The position numbers were made by a program, and so were the translations under genes. This document shows, one piece after another, positions 1-11,477 of a stretch of 35,756 bases of DNA. The stretch's first letter is position 1. Each line of letters begins with the position of its first letter. The notes under the pieces are model-generated. The model worked only from the letters and a program-made list of their open reading frames with translations. It made no database searches and was not told the DNA's origin. Source of the stretch: Octopus bimaculoides (Eukaryota); the NCBI RefSeq assembly GCF_001194135.2, contig NC_069006.1, positions 14,950,255 through 14,986,010 of the forward strand, written 5' to 3'.

Positions 1-633
1 ATGTTCCTGGATCTATAAAGAAGGTTTTTGTATGTCTTTCTTTTTTTTTTTTCAGTTGCAGCCTCTCCCATATAAAACCACCTCCACCAGCTACTCTTAG
101 CTTTAGCTATGCATTTTCCTGGTGTTTACAGTTTTCCAACGATTTCAATAGACACAGAATATAAATTTGGCGGGGTATACTATAATCTATTAAATTGATT
201 CCGCAGGCAGCGGCATTCGCAGCTCTCTGCGTATGTAAGTGTGCACCACTGTATGTGTGTGTGTGTGTGTGTGTGTTTGTGTGTGTGTGTGCATTGAGCG
301 TGTGTTTGTATGTATGTGTGTGTGTCTGTGAGTGCCCAAGGCGGAAGGTATAAATAAACGCTTGAACAGTGTGTTTTCATATGTATATATATATATGTGT
401 GTGTGTGTGTATGTATGCAAATCTGAAGAAGTCTTTGTATCGATATATGCATATTGTATTGTGTATGTATACAAATTTATGTGAAAATGTGTATCTGAGT
501 GTATTAAGACGTTTATTGCGTAAATTAATACAGAGGAATTTGTATTCATACAGACGTGCGTATACATACATTGAAATAATATATATATATTTATGGGTAT
601 GTATATACATATGTCTTTGTATATATGTATGTC

Positions 634-665
<32 letters not shown>

Positions 666-1213
666 NNNNNNNNNNNNNNNNNNNNNNNNNNNNNNNNNNN
701 NNNNNNNNNNNNNNNNNNNNNNNNNNNNNNNNNNNNNNNNNNNNNNNNNNNNNNNNNNNNNNNNNNNNNNNNNNNNNNNNNNNNNNNNNNNNNNNNNNNN
801 NNNNNNNNNNNNNNNNNNNNNNNNNNNNNNNNNNNNNNNNNNNNNNNNNNNNNNNNNNNNNNNNNNNNNNNNNNNNNNNNNNNNNNNNNNNNNNNNNNNN
901 NNNNNNNNNNNNNNNNNNNNNNNNNNNNNNNNNNNNNNNNNNNNNNNNNNNNNNNNNNNNNNNNNNNNNNNNNNNNNNNNNNNNNNNNNNNNNNNNNNNN
1001 NNNNNNNNNNNNNNNNATATATACACATACACACACATTGATACGTATATGCATATACATATGTATATGTGTACGTGTGTCAGTGTGTTTGTATACACAT
1101 TAATTGCTTTTATGTATAGAAGACATATGTATGTATATGGATGTTTATATATAAATACACATACTCAAATATATAGTCCATATATATATATAAATACACA
1201 CACGCAAACACAA

Positions 1214-1247
<34 letters not shown>

Positions 1248-1755
1248 ATACATACACAGAGGGAGAGCAACATATATACTTATAAACGTGAGAGAGAAAC
1301 ATATATATATATATATAAATATATATATTTATATGTACATGGAAACAGACAATGCGATTATAGAACGGCAAAAATGACAGAGCGTGGTAAAGTGAGGGAG
1401 CTTGGAAAGCTCTAAGGCTTATATTACGTAACGGTCGTATGTGAAAAAGAAAAAAAATCGAACCAAGCATAGTAAGAAAGCATTTAGCTCTTAGGAAGTT
1501 TTGTCAAGCTTCCTGGTTGTGCACATCGATCCGTCTCTCTCTCACTCACGTTACGTATCCTCCCCCTCCCCCTCTACTCTCTCTGCCACTCTTCTTCACT
1601 TTCTCTGCCTCCAGGTGCGTATATGCGTTTGTATGTGTGTACGTGTGTGTGTATGTGTGTGCGTGGGTATGTGTGACTGTGTCACCTAATTTCTGTTGAA
1701 AGAATGCTAACTCCGAGGCACCAACATATATATGCATGGATATATATGTATACAA

Positions 1756-1806
<51 letters not shown>

Positions 1807-2088
1807 TTTNNNNNNNNNNACATATATTTGCAAACATATATGTACATGCATGTGCATATATATATATACATATATATACATGTGTGTATGTGTTTGTTTA
1901 TCTCTCTCTATATATATGTGTATATGTGTATATGAATATATATATATGTGTGTGTTTATATCAATATATATGTATTGAAACAAAGAGAGAGAGAGAGAAA
2001 GATTGTTATATATACATGTATAGATGCATCAATACATATCTATATATATATATATACTTATGAATATGTATATATATATATATATATA

Positions 2089-2340
2089 TATGTGCATATA
2101 TATATATACTTATGTATATATATGTGCATATATATATACTTATGTATATATATGTGCATATATATATACTTATGTATATATATGTGCATATATATATACT
2201 TATGTATATATATGTGCATATATATATACTTATGTATATATATGTGCATATATATATACTTATGTATATATATATATATACACATATATATATACTTATG
2301 TATATATATATATATACACATATATATATACATATATATA
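2089..2340. repeat. 30-bp minisatellite (TATGTGCATATATATATACTTATGTATATA)n
   Basis: Five perfect 30-bp units at 2121-2270 with degenerate units either side; runs into an N-gap. Confidence 0.9.
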
Positions 2341-3119
2341 TATATANNNNNNNNNNNNNNNNNNNNNNNNNNNNNNNNNNNNNNNNNNNNNNNNNNNNNN
2401 NNNNNNNNNNNNNNNNNNNNNNNNNNNNNNNNNNNNNNNNNNNNNNATGTAAAAACGCACAAAAAATATAGAAAAAAAAAATAATAAATAAAATAAAAAA
2501 ATAAAAAATAATTCAATGAAAATATATCCTGGTTGGAAAGATAGAACAAAAAAAAAAGAATATATATATATTACGCTTTTTATTATTTTTATTTCAACAG
2601 CGTTAACGACATCAGAGAAAGAGAGAGAGAGAGAGAAAAGAAAAATATATACAAATATATAAACAAGTCACATAAGCATATCTGAGGGAACAACAACACC
2701 AGCGATATTAATAACATCACCACCAACACAAACAGAGTATCGAAAATTGCCACTACTATACTACTACTACTACTGCTGCTGCTACTGCTGCTGCTGCTGT
2801 ACTAGCAGCAAACACCTCACACCTACCCAGTCAGAAAATAAATACCTGAATAGATAAATATGTGAGGGGATAAATAAAACAATGAATTATGACAGAAACT
2901 GAGAGTCAAAGCAGTATATGGTGTTCTTTGTGGATTTGGTTAAGCATGTGACTGTATGATGAAGTATTAATGGGAGACGGGGTGTGTGTGAGTATGTGCA
3001 TATATATATATATATATATATGAGCTTGTTTGTTTGTATGCTCTGTGTGTGACTATGCATACACATACACACTTACATAATTGTATACGTACATAACACA
3101 CATATATTATATTATATTA

Positions 3120-3151
<32 letters not shown>

Positions 3152-3954
3152 GATTTATATATATACACACATTTATATGTATATATTTTTAAATGTAGAG
3201 AGAGATGGACTGATGGATAGATAAATAAGCATGTGTATATATGTATATATAANNNNNNNNNNNNNNNNNNNNNNNNNNNNNNNNNNNNNNNNNNNNNNNN
3301 NNNNNNNNNNNNNNNNNNNNNNNNNNNNNNNNNNNNNNNNNNNNNNNNNNNNNNNNNNNNNNNNNNNNNNNNNNNNNNNNNNNNNNNNNNNNNNNNNNNN
3401 NNNNNNNNNNNNNNNNNNNNNNNNNNNNNNNNNNNNNNNNNNNNNNNNNNNNNNNNNNNNNNNNNNNNNNNNNNNNNNNNNNNNNNNNNNNNNNNNNNNN
3501 NNNNNNNNNNNNNNNNNNNNNNNNNNNNNNNNNNNNNNNNNNNNNNNNNNNNNNNNNNNNNNNNNNNNNNNNNNNNNNNNNNNNNNNNNNNNNNNNNNNN
3601 NNNNNNNNNNNNNNNNNNNNNNNNNNNNNNNNNNNNNNNNNNNNNNNNNNNNNNNNNNNNNNNNNNNNNNNNNNNNNNNNNNNNNNNNNNNNNNNNNNNN
3701 NNNNNNNNNNNNNNNNNNNNNNNNNNNNNNNNNNNNNNNNNNNNNNNNNNNNNNNNNNNNNNNNNNNNNNNNNNNNNNNNNNNNNNNNNNNNNNNNNNNN
3801 NNNNNNNNNNNNNNNNNNNNNNNNNNNNNNNNNNNNNNNNNNNNNNNNNNNNNNNNNNNNNNNNNNNNNNNNNNNNNNNNNNNNNNNNNNNNNNNNNNNN
3901 NNNNNNNNNNNNNNNNNNNNNNNNNNNNNNNNNNNNNNNNNNNNNTATATATAT

Positions 3955-4163
3955 ACACCGGAGTAAGCACATAAATGTGAAACAATGTGGAAAATTAGTA
4001 CTCGAATACCAGAGGTAGAGTAATATGCTTTATTGAAAAGGTGCAAAAATATCACGTTCCTGTTCGTCGGAGAGTTCTTTTTCTAAACAAAACTGTCCGA
4101 CGAACGGAAACATGAAACTCTGAGTAACAGTCTTTGTGATATTTCTGCTACCTTTCAATAAAG
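3955..4163. mobile_element. Fold-back (inverted-arm) element carrying a hammerhead motif; probable Penelope-like pLTR relic
   Basis: Left arm 4028-4076 (ctttattgaaaaggtgcaaaaatatcac..gttcgtcgga) is the imperfect reverse complement of right arm 4091-4163 (tccgacgaac..gtgatatttctgctacctttcaataaag). Flanked by (TA)n on both sides. Penelope assignment is inferred from the HHR plus inverted-arm architecture. Confidence 0.7.
4092..4131 (+). ncRNA. Type-I hammerhead ribozyme motif with non-canonical core CCGACGA, GUA site
   Basis: Helix I ACTGT(4092-96)/ACAGT(4127-31); core CCGACGA 4097-4103; helix II ACG-GAAA-CAT (one mismatch); GAAA 4114-17; helix III ACTC-T-GAGT; predicted cleavage after A4126. 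Confidence 0.65.
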
Positions 4164-4167
4164 TATA

Positions 4168-4203
<36 letters not shown>

Positions 4204-4231
4204 TACATCATCGTCGACTAATTTTTTAAAT

Positions 4232-4371
4232 GCAGGAATGGGCTGTGTTGTATGTAAGAAGCTTGTTCCCCAACCACATGATTCCAGGTTCAGTCCCTCT
4301 GCGTGACACCTTGAGCAACTGTCTTCTGCAATAGCCTCGCCCGACTAAAACCTTGTGACTGGACTTGGTAG
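4232..4371 (+). mobile_element. tRNA-derived SINE family A, degenerate and 3'-truncated
   Basis: Matches the reverse complement of copies at 10312-10480, 31646-31809 and 35477-35640; B-box-like GGTTCAGTCCC. Confidence 0.85.
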
Positions 4372-4594
4372 TGACTGTTATTTTAAGGACTAATTAGATG
4401 TAAGTTGTTTCCTAAATTTATCAAGTGTGTGACCATCACCGCCATGAGAAATACCCAATCCGTCGGTCGTGAGATAGGTACTTTGATCTCAATGTGTTTA
4501 ATAGAAAGACGCCCACAAGATAGCAGACGTCAACACTATTGTACGATCCAATTGACACATCGAAAAATTCATAGATAGATAGATAAATAGATAA

Positions 4595-4825
4595 GCAGCG
4601 AGCTGGCAGAAACGTTACCCCGTCGGGCGAAATGCTTAGCAGTATTTCGTCTGCCGTTACGTTCTGAGTTCAAATTCCGCCGAGGTCGACTTTGCCTTTC
4701 ATCCTTTCGGGGTCGATAAATTAAGTACCAGTTACGCACTGTGGTCGATGTAATCGACTTAATCCCTTTGTCTGTCCTTGTTTGTCCCCTCTATGTTTAA
4801 CCCATTGTGGGCAATAAAGAAATAA
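4595..4825 (+). mobile_element. tRNA-derived SINE family B, near full length, inserted in a (GATA)n array
   Basis: A-box-like TGGCAGAAACG and B-box GAGTTCAAATTCC. Central GAGGTCGACTTTGCCTTTCATCCTTTCGGGGTCGATAAA resembles the Nin/Deu-type domain (from memory). Homologous minus-strand copies at 8058-8200 and 27871-28094. Confidence 0.9.
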
Positions 4826-4842
4826 GATATAGATAGATATAT

Positions 4843-4895
<53 letters not shown>

Positions 4896-4946
4896 CAAAC
4901 AGGCAGAAAGATGGATAAATAGATGGTTAGATAGACAGACAGGCAA

Positions 4947-4979
<33 letters not shown>

Positions 4980-5324
4980 CCAACAAAGAGATAAATTGAG
5001 AGTGAGTCAGTTTAAGGAGACTACAATGACAAAGAGGGTGGTAGATAAATATACAGAAATAAAAATAAACTAAGAGGCAGAAATAAATCGCCAAACAGAA
5101 CAGAGCGACCGAGATTCAAAGAGCCAGTCCAAAGAGAAGACTATATAAATAGAAAGATACAAGGGTAGCACCATAAACTGGATTTTATTGTGTTGAGTTA
5201 GAGAAACACAATAAAAGGACGCAACTTTCTGTGTTAGATGTATTGGTACATTACAAAGCAACTAAATATCTAAATATATATATATACGCATTTATATACA
5301 TATGGACATAACCATATATGCGTT

Positions 5325-5368
<44 letters not shown>

Positions 5369-5576
5369 TGCGTGCGGCTATGTTCACCTGTATAATAAAC
5401 TGGCTTTCAAAACGTGACAATTACACAAACGCATATATCTGTACTCATATACATGCAAACATGCTTATTTGTATACACACGCAAGCACAATGCGTACACA
5501 TACATAAATTGTATAACGTAATATTATGGAACAAAATATATATATTCATATGTGTGTGTGATATATATACATACAC

Positions 5577-5688
<112 letters not shown>

Positions 5689-6061
5689 ATATATATATAT
5701 ATACACACATACACCCACACACACATGTATGTTACATATATATATGTATGTGAAAAGTATATACATGGATATGTTGTGTGTGTTTGTACGTGTGTAAGTG
5801 TGTGTGTGTGTAGGCGTGAGTGTGTGTATATGTATGCGTTCATGTGTGTATTATGTCTGCGTGTGGTTTCTTATCTCCGCGTACCTGTCTCTCTTTCAAT
5901 TTCTATACAAATAGGTATATGTGTGAGAATGTGAAAATATATACACAAACATACATACACGTATATGAAGTAACTCACGCAAAACATCAATGCTAAATCA
6001 CACCTGTATGGCAATAAAATTTTATGAGTTGAAATGTGTGTGTGTATGTATATATGTTTAC

Positions 6062-6104
<43 letters not shown>

Positions 6105-6330
6105 GTTGTGTGTATGCTACTATGCTTCAGTGTGTAGATCTGGAAATGTTTAAGAAAGTACACGTGTGTGAATATGTGTATGTGTGTACGTACGTGTGCG
6201 TAGCTGTATATGTGTGTGTTTGTGTGTATGTGTGTGTATGTACACCGAATCAGTTGTATGCTGCAGTATATATATATATATATATATATATATCGTAATT
6301 GAATTACGATGCCACCTGCAGACAAAGTGT

Positions 6331-6380
6331 CCAGCAATGAAGAAGGGCAGAAATAGTCCGAAACCAGGCTGGTCTGCTGG
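6331..6380 (+). ncRNA. Type-I hammerhead motif, copy 1 (intact helices, core C3 changed to A)
   Basis: Helix I CCAGCA/TGCTGG; core ATGAAGA plus one extra A; helix II GGGC/GTCC; GAAA 6360-63; helix III ACCAG-G-CTGGT; GUC site ending at C6374. Confidence 0.7.
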
Positions 6381-6689
6381 TCCTGTTGTTAGAAGGTGGT
6401 AGGGGTTCGCTCTCCTGCTCGCAATATATCGGATGCAGGTTGCATCGTGAACCAGCCGGAGGAAATGTCCTCTAGGATCAAAAAAATTGCAGTAATGACC
6501 GTTCATACGGAGCAGCCATGTTGAAGTGGCGACAAGCATTATTTACCAGTAGAGTTACTGCGTTCATCTTTTACAGAGATTTTAAAACTAGCTTCTTTGC
6601 TTGTTGCAAGATCAGTGACTGGATGTCGCTTGAATTTATTTATATTGCGAACAGAAGCGAGCTACTGCTATCTCTAGCAGAGAAAGTGT

Positions 6690-6736
6690 CCAGCACTGAG
6701 GAAGGGTAGAAATAGTCTGAAACCAGGCTGGTCTGC
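6690..6736 (+). ncRNA. Type-I hammerhead motif, copy 2 (canonical core, weakened helices)
   Basis: Core CTGAGGA 6696-6702 plus extra A; helix II GGGT/GTCT (three G-U pairs); GAAA 6719-22; same helix III ACCAG-G-CTGGT; GUC ending at C6733; helix I only GCA/TGC. Confidence 0.7.
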
Positions 6737-7342
6737 AAATCCTGTTGTTAGAAGGTGGTAGGGGTTCGCTCACATGCTCGCAATATATTGGATGCAGGTT
6801 GCATCGTTAAACATCTAAAGAAAATGTCCTCTTCGGGTTAAGAAACAAACGCAACAGCCATGTTGAAGCGACGACAAACATTGTTTGAATCTAAAATATA
6901 CCATCCAACAATAAAACTGTTTTAAAAAATCAAGTCTGTCAAGTAGACTGTGGTTGGGAAAACGTAAACACATCTAGGAAAAAAGAGGGGTGAAGACACA
7001 TGACGGACTGTTTCACGGTTTGCTACCTGCTCTTCCATGAAGACGGATATGTTTCCTCTGACGAGTAACCAACACACTATGAAACGGTCCATCTATTTTC
7101 CGGTCATTACTCCTATAGAATGAATGTCTACATTATTATTTAACCTACTGTGCAGCTTCAATATTTAAATATATTCCAGTTCTGATTTATGCTGTGTTGT
7201 GCCTCTGTACGTATGTTTGTGTCAGCATGTACTTTTGTGCATAATTATATCATATATAATATATGTATATGTGTTTATGTATGCGGAAACATAAATACGT
7301 ACATTCATACATACACACACACACATGCACACACACATACAC

Positions 7343-7387
<45 letters not shown>

Positions 7388-8057
7388 NNNNNNNNNNNNN
7401 NNNNNNNNNNNNNNNNNNNNNNGTTTTGAATTCCTTTGCGTATTTCGTTTGAAAGCTGTATTTGTTAATAATCGATTGCGTAACATAAAATATGGCGGCA
7501 GCTGTATTTGGTGGTGGTGGTGGTGTTAGTGCTGCTGGGAGTTGGGACGTGAATCTGGTTATGATGGTGATGGTGAGGATGGTGAGGATAATGATGATGA
7601 TGATGATGATGATGATAACAGAATGCTAGTACTTGAAGGTAGTGATAGTGAGTGACGGATGGTGTAGTTTTAGTGGAGGTTGATCGTAGTTGTGACTGAG
7701 TTATTATTAGTGGTATTAGCAGTAGTTGTAGTGGTGAGTTTGCAGTGGGATACTAATGGAGATTGTGGTTGTGGCGGTGAGAGTGAACGGTTGTGATGTC
7801 TGAGGTGGTTTCTGCATAATATAGAAAGGAAATCTCAATCGTATAGCCATGGGGCGTCGGTAACCGAGAGAGGTTAACAGATAGAGTTACTGAAGGGATA
7901 CAGAATTGATACAGAAAAAATAATTAAACAGGTGTCGTACAAAACGAAGGAGACAAACAGAGAATTTATGCAAGAAGGATAGAAGCTGGCGATAGTTATA
8001 CAATATTTAGTTGAACGAAGCTTTAAACAAAAACATTATACAGAAATAAATATTAAA

Positions 8058-8200
8058 ATGGCTGTGGTCATGCTGGAGAATCACCATGGTTAAAAGGATG
8101 AGAGGCAAAGTCAACCTTGGCGGAATTTGAACTCAGAACGTAATGGCAGATGAAACACCGCTAAGCATTACACCCAGCATGCTAATGATTCTGCCAGCTT
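8058..8200 (-). mobile_element. SINE family B fragment
   Basis: aaaggatgagaggcaaagtcaaccttggcggaatttgaactcagaacgtaa.. is a diverged reverse complement of roughly 4600-4710. Confidence 0.85.
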
Positions 8201-8215
8201 TACAAGTGTGTGTGA

Positions 8216-8269
<54 letters not shown>

Positions 8270-8298
8270 ATGCATATATATATATATATGTGTGTGTA

Positions 8299-8333
<35 letters not shown>

Positions 8334-8842
8334 NNNNNNNNNNNNNNNNNNNNNNNNNNNNNNNNNNNNNNNNNNNNNNNNNNNNNNNNNNNNNNNNNNN
8401 NNNNNNNNNNNNNNNNNNNNNNNNNNNNNNNNNNNNNNNNNNNNNNNNNNNNNNNNNNNNNNNNNNNNNNNNNNNNNNNNNNNNNNNNNNNNNNNNNNNN
8501 NNNNNNNNNNNNNNNNNNNNNNNNNNNNNNNNNNNNNNNNNNNNNNNNNNNNNNNNNNNNNNNNNNNNNNNNNNNNNNNNNNNNNNNNNNNNNNNNNNNN
8601 NNNNNNNNNNNNNNNNNNNNNNNNNNNNNNNNNNNNNNNNNNNNNNNNNNNNNNNNNNNNNNNNNNNNNNNNNNNNNNNNNNNNNNNNNNNNNNNNNNNN
8701 NNNNNNNNNNNNNNNNNNNNNNNNNNNNNNNNNNNNNNNNNNNNNNNNNNNNNNNNNNNNNNNNNNNNNNNNNNNNNNNNNNNNNNNNNNNNNNNNNNNN
8801 NNNNNNNNNNNNNNNNNNNNNNNNNNNNNNNNNNNNNNNNNN

Positions 8843-8889
<47 letters not shown>

Positions 8890-9234
8890 ATGTTTGCCTA
8901 GGTGTATGCCCACTTTGTATATGTTGGCATCGTTTCGTGTCACGACCCCCCAACACCAACTGAAAAGCCAGAGCGTGGGTTTGGAGGTTGGTTGATACGT
9001 CTGAGCGTGTTTACGGTCCAATATATTAGATTTTAATCGTGCTCGGCTTAAAAAGACATTTCATTTAGGCTGGAGAGAGCCACAGACCTCACCGTACCAT
9101 CCAAGCACCCAACAGTACCACGGACAATGAAACGTACACACATGTACACATATTATACGCATAAAGCGTATACGCACACATGCAAACTTGCATAAGCACC
9201 GACACACACACACACACACACCTGTATACATACG

Positions 9235-9270
<36 letters not shown>

Positions 9271-9392
9271 TAGAGGGAGAGAGAAAGAGAGAGAAAGAGA
9301 GATGGACAGACAGACACCGACAGAGAACGAGAGAGACTATGTACATCTGCCTCCTATATATATGCGTATATACTCGTATAAACACACACACG

Positions 9393-9444
<52 letters not shown>

Positions 9445-10134
9445 GTATGTTTGTATGTATATACACAAATAACGGGCACATATACAAATATACATGCACG
9501 CTCACATATATGCATACGTGTATATGGATATATTTATGTGCACATGTGGTGTGATTGTGTATGTGTGTGTGTGTATGCGTGTGTGTACACACAGACACTG
9601 TGACGTTATCATTCTATTCTTTGTTGTCCTACTGCCACCGCAGTCAATACTACCCCTCCACCACCACCACCACAGCCACCCACCACCGTCTCCATCACTA
9701 CGACCACTACAACCACCCACCCCCACGACCACCACCATCGCCCTCCACGAAATATAACCATTTCCTCTGTTGCCCAGTCACATCTTCGCTCAAAAGTCAC
9801 CGCTTCTTTCTGTGTCTTTTGTATATCTCTATACGTTACATCTTCTATTCAGCCTTCCTTTTTCTCACTCACCTCTCTCAAACACTTCATTACTTTCTGT
9901 TTATATCACCTTGTCTATCACTGTCCATCTCTGCCTGTCGTTTTCTGTCTGTCTTTATGCCTGTTTTTCTCTCTCATACACCCATACACTCAAACTTCTA
10001 CGATCATATATGCATATATATCTATGTGTATGCATCTATGTCTCTTACCTTCATTTCTTCTCTCTCTCTCTCTCACTCTTCCCGCCTCTCTCTTTCAGAT
10101 TCTCTTCTGTCTCTCTCTCTCTCTCTCTCTCTCA

Positions 10135-10175
<41 letters not shown>

Positions 10176-10185
10176 NNNNNNNNNN

Positions 10186-10480
10186 TAGTACTTATTCCAT
10201 CGGTCTCTTTTGCCGAACCGCTATGTTACGGGGACATAAACACACCAGCATCGGTTGTCAAGCGATGCTGGGGGACAAACAGACACACAAACACACACAC
10301 ATATATATATACATATACGACGGGCTTCTTCTAGTTTCCGTCTATGAAATCCACTCACAAGGCTTTGGTCGACCCGAGGCTATAGTAGAAGACACTTGCC
10401 CAAGGTGCCATGCAGTGGGACTGAACCTGGGACGATGTGGTTGGTAAGCAAGCTACTTACCACACAGCCACTCCTGTCCC
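10186..10480 (-). mobile_element. tRNA-derived SINE family A, long copy (3' end lost in gap)
   Basis: Head at 10420-10480 with pol III box-like motifs; body shared with the other family A copies; internal (CA/TA) tract; 9-bp stem CCAGCATCG/CGATGCTGG near 10244-10270. Confidence 0.9.
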
Positions 10481-10927
10481 TATATATATATATATATATA
10501 TGTGTGTGTCTGTGTGTGTGCGCGCGCGCGCGCACGTATGTGCGTCTGTGTGTGTGTGTGTGTGTGTCCACACTATAGCCGTTATATTTCTAGATCTACG
10601 GAGGGTTGAACCAGATAATTTTTGTCTTTCTGATTCTTCTCGGGTTTGAAGTGTCCTTCATATAAACTCATAAATAAACTTATACGTATAAACATATACA
10701 CGTGTGTGTTCGTGTGTGTCTGTTGGGGGGGGGCGTGTTTGTGTGTGTGTGTGTGTGCGCGCGTACGTGCTTGATCTTTAAAGATAAACATCTTATGAAT
10801 AAATAATCTGTAATAGTATATTGTAGTATGGCTTAATGACTACCTGTCTTAGATTCTTCTACAGTAATGAGTTGAACTAAGAACAGACAATAGTAAAAGA
10901 CACACGCTCAAGGCACCACATGATAGA

Positions 10928-11059
10928 ATCGAGATTGAAAGGAGACGAGAATGGTGGAGAAGCTGGAATTATACTAGAACAGCGGCAGAAAAGACCTGGC
11001 CGGAGAGATCGTGTTGCAGCCTTATGTGCCTCATGGCACGGAGGAAGTTAAGTAAGTAA
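10928..11059 (+). mobile_element. 3' end of an RTE-clade LINE (frameshifted relic)
   Basis: Reads IEIERRREWWRSWNYTRTAAE.. then, after a frameshift, VAALCASWHGGS* followed by a (TAAG)n tail. This resembles RTE ORF2 C-termini (..VAALCA..*) and RTE short-repeat tails (from memory). Confidence 0.7.
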
Positions 11060-11127
11060 TTATACAATTCGCTTGTTCAAATACATATCACTGGTCACTT
11101 GGAGTTATTTCTCTTAGCTTACATAAC

Positions 11128-11477
11128 GTTGTTGTTGTTGGCACTCCATCGCTTACGACGTCGAGGGTTCCAGTTGATCCGATCAACAGAACAGCCTGCT
11201 CGTGAAATTAACGTGCAAGTGGCTGAGCACTCCACAGACACGTGTACCCTTAACGTAGTTCTCGAGGATATTCAGCGTGACACAGTGTGACAAGGCTGAA
11301 CTTTTTGAATTACATGCACAACAGAAACAGGAAGTAAGAGTGAGAGAAAGTTGTGGTGAGAGAGTACAGCAGGGTTCACCACCGTCCCCTGCCGGAGCAG
11401 GGCCGGTCTGGGAATCAAAACCACGATCCTATGACCGCGAGTCCGCTGCCCTAACCACTGGGCCATTGCGCCTCCAC
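11128..11477 (-). mobile_element. tRNA-derived SINE family C with 12-bp target-site duplication
   Basis: Minus-strand head GTGGAGGCGCAATGGCCCAGTGGTTAGG (A-box TGGCCCAGTGG); (AAC)n tail; TSD AGCTTACATAAC at 11116-11127 and 11479-11490; homologous to 26698-27050. Confidence 0.92.

Larger units (their letters stand above)
6318..6886 (+). mobile_element. Direct repeat with two hammerhead motifs; retrozyme-like or Penelope pLTR-pLTR relic
   Basis: 6318-6474 aligns to 6677-6832 (offset 359) and 6511-6544 aligns to 6853-6886, with scattered substitutions. Segment 6545-6676 is not repeated. Confidence 0.8.

Noticed and set aside
24-55. 32-nt GT..AG intron at the window start
   Set aside because: Too short for a typical metazoan intron, and all frames hit stops within about 35 codons after the acceptor.
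423-460. CTGAAGA...GATATATGCATAT hammerhead-like string
   Set aside because: GAAA absent, helix II and helix I do not form; low-complexity context.
11400-11477. tRNA gene (also 26450-26525, 26975-27050 and the family A/B heads)
   Set aside because: tRNA-like heads with A/B boxes are fused to SINE bodies and tails, one with a TSD; no complete cloverleaf could be drawn.
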